Shown here piece after piece: positions 37,537 to 43,967 of a DNA stretch of 43,967 nucleotides; position 1 is the stretch's first letter; each line of letters begins with the position of its first letter. The stretch spans positions 1 through 43,967 of the forward strand of contig JALDZS010000192.1 of NCBI GenBank assembly GCA_022813965.1, in the 5' to 3' direction. The notes below the pieces were generated by a model. The model ran no database searches, had not been told where the DNA came from, and worked only from the letters and a program-made list of their open reading frames with translations. A program made the translations under genes and the position numbers. Source of the stretch: Toensbergia leucococca. Taxonomy: Eukaryota.

Positions 37537-37932
37537 TTACCCGACTGCCCAAACGCCCTGCACGGCTCGAAACTCGGCGATCTCCTCCGCTCTCTGATCC
37601 TTCAAGTCCCCCAAAGTCTCCTCAAGAACCGAAATGCTCCTGTTGCACTCCTCCTTCTCCTCGCCATACATGGCCCGTCTCTTGATGCGCAAACTGTGGA
37701 TCTGTCCCTCTATCTCGAGAATCGAGATCATGTAGACGCCGAAGATGTTGCGCTCGTGGCGCCGGAAACAGCTGGTGCAGAGGGAGGGCTTGTCGATTTG
37801 GATGGTGTGGATCAGACGCGAGTAGAGGCAGGTGCCGGGCTCGAGGTCGGTGCCGCTGGGGCAGTGTTCGATGGTGGAGTAGCCGCGCGCGTGGCCGCAT
37901 CCCGAGTGGACTGTTTCGATGTCGATGCACAT
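37537..37932 (-). CDS. 131-aa hypothetical protein: N-terminal Cys/His cluster (MC-x9-CGH-x9-C-x10-C-x16-CxxC) plus a helical/coiled-coil C-terminus
   Basis: ATG at 37932 in a CAACTAACAATG context, inside track ORF 37537-38256. The upstream part of that ORF is C-rich and UTR-like. Confidence 0.7.
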   Translation of the reverse strand: MCIDIETVHSGCGHARGYSTIEHCPSGTDLEPGTCLYSRLIHTIQIDKPSLCTSCFRRHERNIFGVYMISILEIEGQIHSLRIKRRAMYGEEKEECNRSISVLEETLGDLKDQRAEEIAEFRAVQGVWAVG

Positions 37933-38538
37933 TGTTAGTTGTGGTGTTTTGGGGGTGGGAGGGGGGAGGGGGGGGTTGGTTGGAGAGAAAGCTATTGGAG
38001 GTGGGGTTTTTTGAGCTCTGAAAAAGCTGGGTAGTGAAGACTTGGTCGGGTGTCCGCCGGTTGGATGCAGATTCACAGTGTTAAGTGATGGGCCTCCATA
38101 TATACCTTTTTCGAATGAGACAATTCCATTGTTTCGATAGCACCTCTTCCCATCGACATTTATCCCTTTATCATCGCAGTTTGTAACAAACAATTCCATT
38201 GTTGATATGACACTCACCCACCCCCATCTACCATGAGTGAGGATATCCTTTGTCATCTCGGCCTGTAAAAACTCCCTTTCTTTATTTTAATTCAACATTT
38301 GTGAAAGAAAGAAAAAACCCCTTCTCACCCCATCTCTCTTTCAATCAGTCAGTCAACAAAGCCTTTGTTTCATCGGAATTTCTCTTTATCCTCTTACCTT
38401 ACCCTGTCCTCCCTACCCCCCCCCCCACCCCCAAAGACCAAGAAAAACCCTCCTAATCTCTTTCAAACCAAAGTGCATTCTTTCTCACCATCTCTTTGCT
38501 AATTTAAATATTAAAATTATGAATATTTAGTGTGTGTG

Positions 38539-38867
38539 TGTAATACCATAGCGTAGCAGGACTCTTGCTACACTCAATTAGAATAGTAAGCAATGTGAAC
38601 AAGTATATAGATAGTATTAGGTCTCAATATAAATGAAATAGTAATATCATTGATATGCTTTATAATAGAACTAATTGCTAAGAAAGCAGAATGAGATAAA
38701 AGTGAGATTTCCTCTATAAGCACAATACACTAATAGTATTATGACATGACACCTGACCATTCATCAGCTTTTCATCAGATTTTATATTAATTACTCTAAA
38801 ACTTCTAGCGCTATGACTATTGTTTACATCAGGTCTATAGTCATTGAATGTGTGTTAAAGAATTACA
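38539..38867. mobile_element. Probable solo LTR (329 bp) with 5-bp target-site duplication
   Basis: TGTAAT...ATTACA inverted termini, with GTGTG at both 38534-38538 and 38868-38872. The left copy sits in a (TG)n run, which weakens the TSD evidence. Confidence 0.6.
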
Positions 38868-38870
38868 GTG

Positions 38871-38995
38871 TGTCATAAACTGATCTTTGATTACTAAGAT
38901 AACTTATTGATGCAGTTTAATCAAAAAACTAACTATGAGAATTAAGATACACATAGAGCTAACACTTATATAAGAGTAATTAGTTTAGTTATATT
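38871..38995 (-). mobile_element. RIP-type-mutated partial LTR related to the LTR at 3639-3790
   Basis: 38871-38951 aligns to 3639-3720 with 10 substitutions (all C>T or G>A) and one 1-nt gap. Weaker similarity continues to ~38995. Confidence 0.85.
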
Positions 38996-39664
38996 CAGAC
39001 TCTTATTATCACTCTATATTATTACTCACTTATTTAGTCTCTCTCTGAGATAAAGTAACTAAGTGAAAGATCTTTTTTAAAAGAAAGAAAAAAGCTTCTT
39101 TTAGAATTAAGACTCTCTCTCAAAAGAAGACTTCTCTTAAAAAAATAAACACTTATTTTTCTGAGAAATTTAACACTTTCTCTTCTGAGAAATTAAATTA
39201 CACTGAGAATAAAAAGAATAATAATAAAAAGAATGATAATTAGATTCTTTGCATTACATAATAAGACAATTATACTATTATATTTCAGATAATAACTTAT
39301 ATATTAAAGAATTTTAATAAGAAATTTTATTTAAATATTATTAAAAGATCAGATATTCTTACTAATAAAAAGAGACTGTCATTACAGTGATTATAGACAA
39401 TTACTGTTATTAGTTTCTTACAGCAAATTTATTTCTTATATTTAATATTAAAGCATTGTTAAAATAACATTATCATATATTTATATTGCAATTTTATACT
39501 TTTATTTTAAATTTAATTAATTTAAGTGATGCATATCTTGCTCTGTATTTATAAAGTATTAAATATTATTATAAGTAATTGTTATAGTTTAATTTAATGT
39601 TTTTAACTTATATACAGATTAATATTAATATAAGAGTTAAAATTTAATATATAAAGTTATTAAA

Positions 39665-39911
39665 TGTTATGACTATTACTTAGTAACACTTTATTAATAT
39701 TAGAATTAGACTTAAAGTCTAGTTATAAGAGTATTATTAGTAAGAAGACTAAGACTAAGAAAGAAAGTATTTAAATAATAAATAATTACATATAAATACT
39801 CTCAGATGATAATATTAGACTTAATGTGATCTAACTATATGTTAATGCTTAAATGTGTGTTAATGCTTTAAATTAGATGTTAAGACTTAGTAAGTTATTT
39901 AAGTCATAACA
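39665..39911 (-). mobile_element. Heavily AT-shifted LTR (247 bp) with adjacent polypurine-tract remnant
   Basis: Perfect 10-bp inverted termini TGTTATGACT...AGTCATAACA. Followed by TTATCTCTCTCTCTGTAAGTAAGCAA, which resembles the flank of the LTR ending at 40158. Confidence 0.75.
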
Positions 39912-39942
39912 TTATCTCTCTCTCTGTAAGTAAGCAAGCTTA

Positions 39943-42900
39943 TGTCATAATCAGGCCTAGAGTCTAGTTATAGAGAGACTATTGAATAAAACACTAAAAA
40001 TAAAGATCTAAAAGTATAGAAGAGAAACACTGTATAAGTATGCAGTAGAGTGTCATTAGATAACAACTGTGACATTTAACAACCTCACATGTTAACTTCT
40101 AACTCTTGTGTTAACCTTGATCTGTGCGTAAGCTAGAATGCTAGGGCGGACTATAACATTACCTTCCCTCACAAGTAAGCAATGCCCTCATTGCTTGTAA
40201 AGAATAAAAGAAAAGAAATAAAAAAATGAAAAGAAAACGCTTTTATTATGCAGAAAAAATAATTATGTCCCTGCCTGTGTCATATCAGAAGTTGTGAATT
40301 TGTATAAGAAAATTGATGCGCGCATACAAAAACATGCATCCTGAAATTTTTTTCTGCAATTCAGTGTGTGTGAGTACCTGACAGCCTAACAGATACTCAG
40401 TGAGTATATAAAAGAGAGTAATTTATCTGTTCATCTTAATACTTGCTGACTCAGCTTGCAGAGATAAGGATCAGAGCTGTCAGTTAACTTTCTAACTAAA
40501 ACCTTAGAGCACTTCTTTTAAGGTGCTTAACAGTAACAGACTGAAGTCTCAGATTCATTTGATTGAAGTCTTTAATAAAGACTTAACTGCGCTGCTTAAT
40601 CAAGTTGCAGATAAGCTTCAGATGACTTTTAGACATCAGAGAGTTGTTTTTAATAATGATGCAGGTAATATTTAGACTTATTTGAGTACTGAGCATGAAA
40701 TGCATTTATAAGTTCTTAAGAGTGCTTAAACTCATTGTCATTCATGTTATATTAGATGTTATCTCAGAGATAATTATGTTATTTGACTTAGTATTAAAGG
40801 CGGTGATTAATATCAGTATGACAGAAATCTATAATCTTATCTATCACTCATTCATCTTAATCATCAACTATTACTAACTTAAAGAGAGCGTTAATTTACT
40901 CAGAAAGAGGGTTTATAACAACAGCTCAGAGATGCATGACATGAAATATCAGATGTATCTTTATGAAGGTCAGAAGCTCTAGTCAGTAGGTAATTTCAAC
41001 CTCCTGCAGAATCTTGTACAGGTTTATGTTCTTGTCATCAAGCTTAAGGTATGGCCTCTTAGTCTTAATATTATGATAATCAAGAAAGATCTTCTGACTC
41101 ACCTTATAGATGACATCTTTGTGACAGTGATTAGCGTTGTTAGTCATGATAGCTTGAGCTCATTGCAGTTGTTTCTTCATGTATATCAGGTTATCTTTTA
41201 TAGTTTCAGCAATGTCTTCTGCTTAGTGAGCAAGAAGACACTCTCAGGTACTTTTATGAGTGAAGATATCTGAGCTAAAACTCATCTGAGGGTAAAAACC
41301 TTTGTTTATAAAGAATAAAGACATTTCTGTAGCAGAGAAAACGTTATTATTATCTGCAAATTCTCTTATGAGTAAGTGCTGAACTCAGTCATTCTGATAA
41401 TAATTGCAATAGAGTCAGAGATGAGACTCTATGTCTTGATTGATACATTCAGATTGCTCATCTGTCTAAGGGTAAAAGACAGTGCTCAGATGAATATTAA
41501 TAAACAAGCGCTTGCATAAGATCTTTCACATGATGAACACAAATTGAGACTCACAGTCTAAAACAATAAAGACTAATAGCTTATGCAGCTGAAAGACATT
41601 CTGAATCATTATCTTTACAGTTCACTCTGCAGAGATGTTGTTATTATTGATATAGCATGATACATAGTGACGTTCCTTGCTAAGGCGGTCAATAATAATA
41701 AGAATGATGTTTTTACCTTCAGACTTCAGAAGGTCAGTGATAAAATTCATGACAATGTTCTCTTAGTGTTTTATAAAGATAGATAATAACTGTAGCAGCC
41801 TGTTGAGCTTCTCTCTAAAGGCCTTTGTCTAATGACAGTCATGACAGTTTCAGCAGTAATATTTCACAGAGGCTCACGATTTAGGTCAGAAATAATATCA
41901 TTGTAGAAGAGCTTTCATGCAGATAATCTCTGAATGAATGCTAACTGAAGAGTTATAAATCTTCTTAAGGATCTCAAGTCTTAACTGATCATCTGTTAGA
42001 ACTTATAACTTGTCTTTGCAGTAGAAAACATCATCTTTTAGAGAACATGCTTATAGACTGATACTCTTATAGTGTGTCTTGTCTTTTATTCAGACTCTTT
42101 TAGCTGTCAGACACTCTGACTTAGTCTTACTAACCTTTGCAGCTCATTTAAACAGAGAGAATAAGAGATCTTCTGAGTTATTCTTCAGGTCAGTCTCTGA
42201 GATATGATCTTCTATAAAATCATCAGTAACATCTGAAATATTTTCTTCTTTCAGGTTAAGGAGCTCAGAGATGATAAGAGTTAGCTTTATTAAAGAAGCC
42301 TTTAATCAGTCAGCTGTCAGTAAAGTCTGATATTGATGCAGCTTTTAAGGATCTTCATTATTCAGAGATAAAGAGCTGAGCAGTCTGCTTAAAGCATCTG
42401 CCTTTGCATTCTATGAGTCTGTTTGATATTGAATCTTGAAGTTAAACTCAGAGAGCTTTTTAGCTCAATAAGCCTGCCTTTAAATCAGTTCTTTACTTTT
42501 TATAAAGTAGATAAGAGCTTTATGATCAGTGAAGATCTTTATGAGAATTTTAATACTCTTCAGATCTGACTGTCAATTTTTAAGACAACAGATAATTGTT
42601 AGCAGCTCCTTGTTATAGATCTCATAATTGCATTCTGTAGGTATGAGATTTTTACTAAAGAAGGTCACTGAGTGCAGCAGATCATTATCTTTATACTGAG
42701 ATAAGATGCCTTCACTGACATTATTGAAGGAGTCACATTTCAGAATGACTGCCTGAGTCTGATCAAAATAAGTGAGCACTGATAATTTTATCACTGTTTT
42801 TTTGAGAAGTTCAAAGGCTTTCTGACAGACATTCATTCAGTCAAATTATTTGTTCTTGTCACTCAGCTGCGTCAGTGAGTAAGTAATTTTGCTAAAGTTC

Positions 42901-43967
42901 TTAATAAACCGCTGAAAGAAGTTACAGAAGCTGATAAAGGACTGTATCTTCTTAAGGCACTGAGAGGCGTTTCAGTTAGTGATCATCTCAATCTTCTGAG
43001 GGTTTATTCTTAGCTTATTAATAAAGATCAGCAAGTCTAAAAAGGTAGTCTCTGTAATAGAAAACTCACTCTTTTTGATATCAATTTGCAGGTCAGCAGT
43101 CTGAAGCTTCTTAAGAACATTTCTAACATGTTTAACATGTTCTTGTCAAGTCTTGCTGTAGATGAGAATGTCATTCAAGTATATCTAAGCATAGTCATTG
43201 AGACATTTAAAGAGAGTGTTATTGATATAATGCTAAAAGGAGGTCAGTTTATTAATTAAGTCAAAAGGAAGAACACAGTACTTGTATACTCTCATAGAGA
43301 TGCAGAAGATAGTGAGTTTCTTACTGTCTGAGTGCATTTACAGCTTGTTAAAGGCTGCAATAATATCAAACTTAATAATAAACTTGCAGTCAGTGATCTG
43401 AGTCAAAGTCTTATCAATTAAAGGTAAAGAGTATCAGTCTTGATAAGTAAGGGCATTCAAGTGTCAGTAATCTACACAAAAGCATAGACTGTTATTCAGT
43501 TTAACTACAAACAGAATGAGAGACACAAAGTAATCTCAGTAGGCAATGATTAAGAGTATCACTCTTGAGAGAACAGATAACTAAAGTCTTCTATTTCTGT
43601 GTAATAAGATATTAATCTTGATTACTAATTAGCTTAAGCTTTATTTGTAGCTGTCATGCCTTAAAGGTAGAACTCTTTTTATTAGATAGCTTCTCAGAAT
43701 CTGAAATCTTTTCAGACAGATGAGAAGCTCAAAAAGGGAAATTATAAAAGTCTGAAGATAAATTCAGTGATAAAGTTTGCAGTTGTTTCTCTGTTAAGAC
43801 AGTGAACAGCTTTATTTTGAGCTGACAGATCTTAGCTTGACATTCTTTCACCTCTGTGATCTTTTTATTAAGCTTAATCTGCGTTTTAAGCATCTGATTT
43901 AAAGAGACCTTTATCTCTAAATCTCTAAGGTTAGCACAGTTAAGGTCTATTATCTGCTGCGCAAGAT
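39943..43967 (-). mobile_element. Degenerate Ty3/Gypsy LTR retrotransposon (RT-RNaseH-integrase, 3' LTR 39943-40158); continues beyond the window end
   Basis: Minus-strand remnants: RT LCFCVDY*HLNAL (~43470) and YLNDILIYSK (~43170); RNase H VTFFSKNLIPTECNYEIYNKELLTII; integrase MNFITDL...IIIDRLSKERH and LSTVFYP*TDEQSE. RT-RH-IN order is the Gypsy order. Polypurine tract GTGAGGGAAGGTAA precedes TGTTATA. Many stops. Confidence 0.93.

Noticed and set aside
37336..37938. 200-aa plus-strand ORF, and the 239-aa extension of the minus ORF to 38256
   Set aside because: The plus ORF is antisense to the Cys/His gene. The extension reads through a C-rich UTR-like region, and ATG 37932 gives the MC start shared with the 14909 protein.
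40695..41273. Plus-strand ORFs 40695-40877 and 41073-41273
   Set aside because: Antisense to mutated Gypsy pol sequence, with AT-biased composition.

Overview
Intron-containing filamentous ascomycete (Pezizomycotina) genomic DNA. Recognisable housekeeping genes are MAK16, MSS1/MnmE GTPase, a DHA1-type MFS transporter, GPI13, an AIM32-like 2Fe-2S protein, FAR11/STRIP, SER1 and LYS4. An accessory block at about 6.8-15.1 kb holds three things. The first is a 4-exon, 353-aa gene that the ORF track misses, built from repeated GRGGYN motifs plus poly-His tracts. It lies head-to-head with the second, a SesA/HeLo-like-NB-ARC-TPR NLR gene carrying one in-frame stop. The third is an F-box-like gene and a small Cys/His protein. 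Two amino-acid transporter genes are damaged, one by a large deletion and one by a 1-nt frameshift. The last ~5.4 kb is an AT-rich, RIP-type-mutated nest of LTRs and a degenerate Ty3/Gypsy element, and one of its LTR families has a less mutated copy at 3.6 kb. All exon structures were inferred by eye from GT/GC-AG sites, branch points and frame continuity. No database searches were run.
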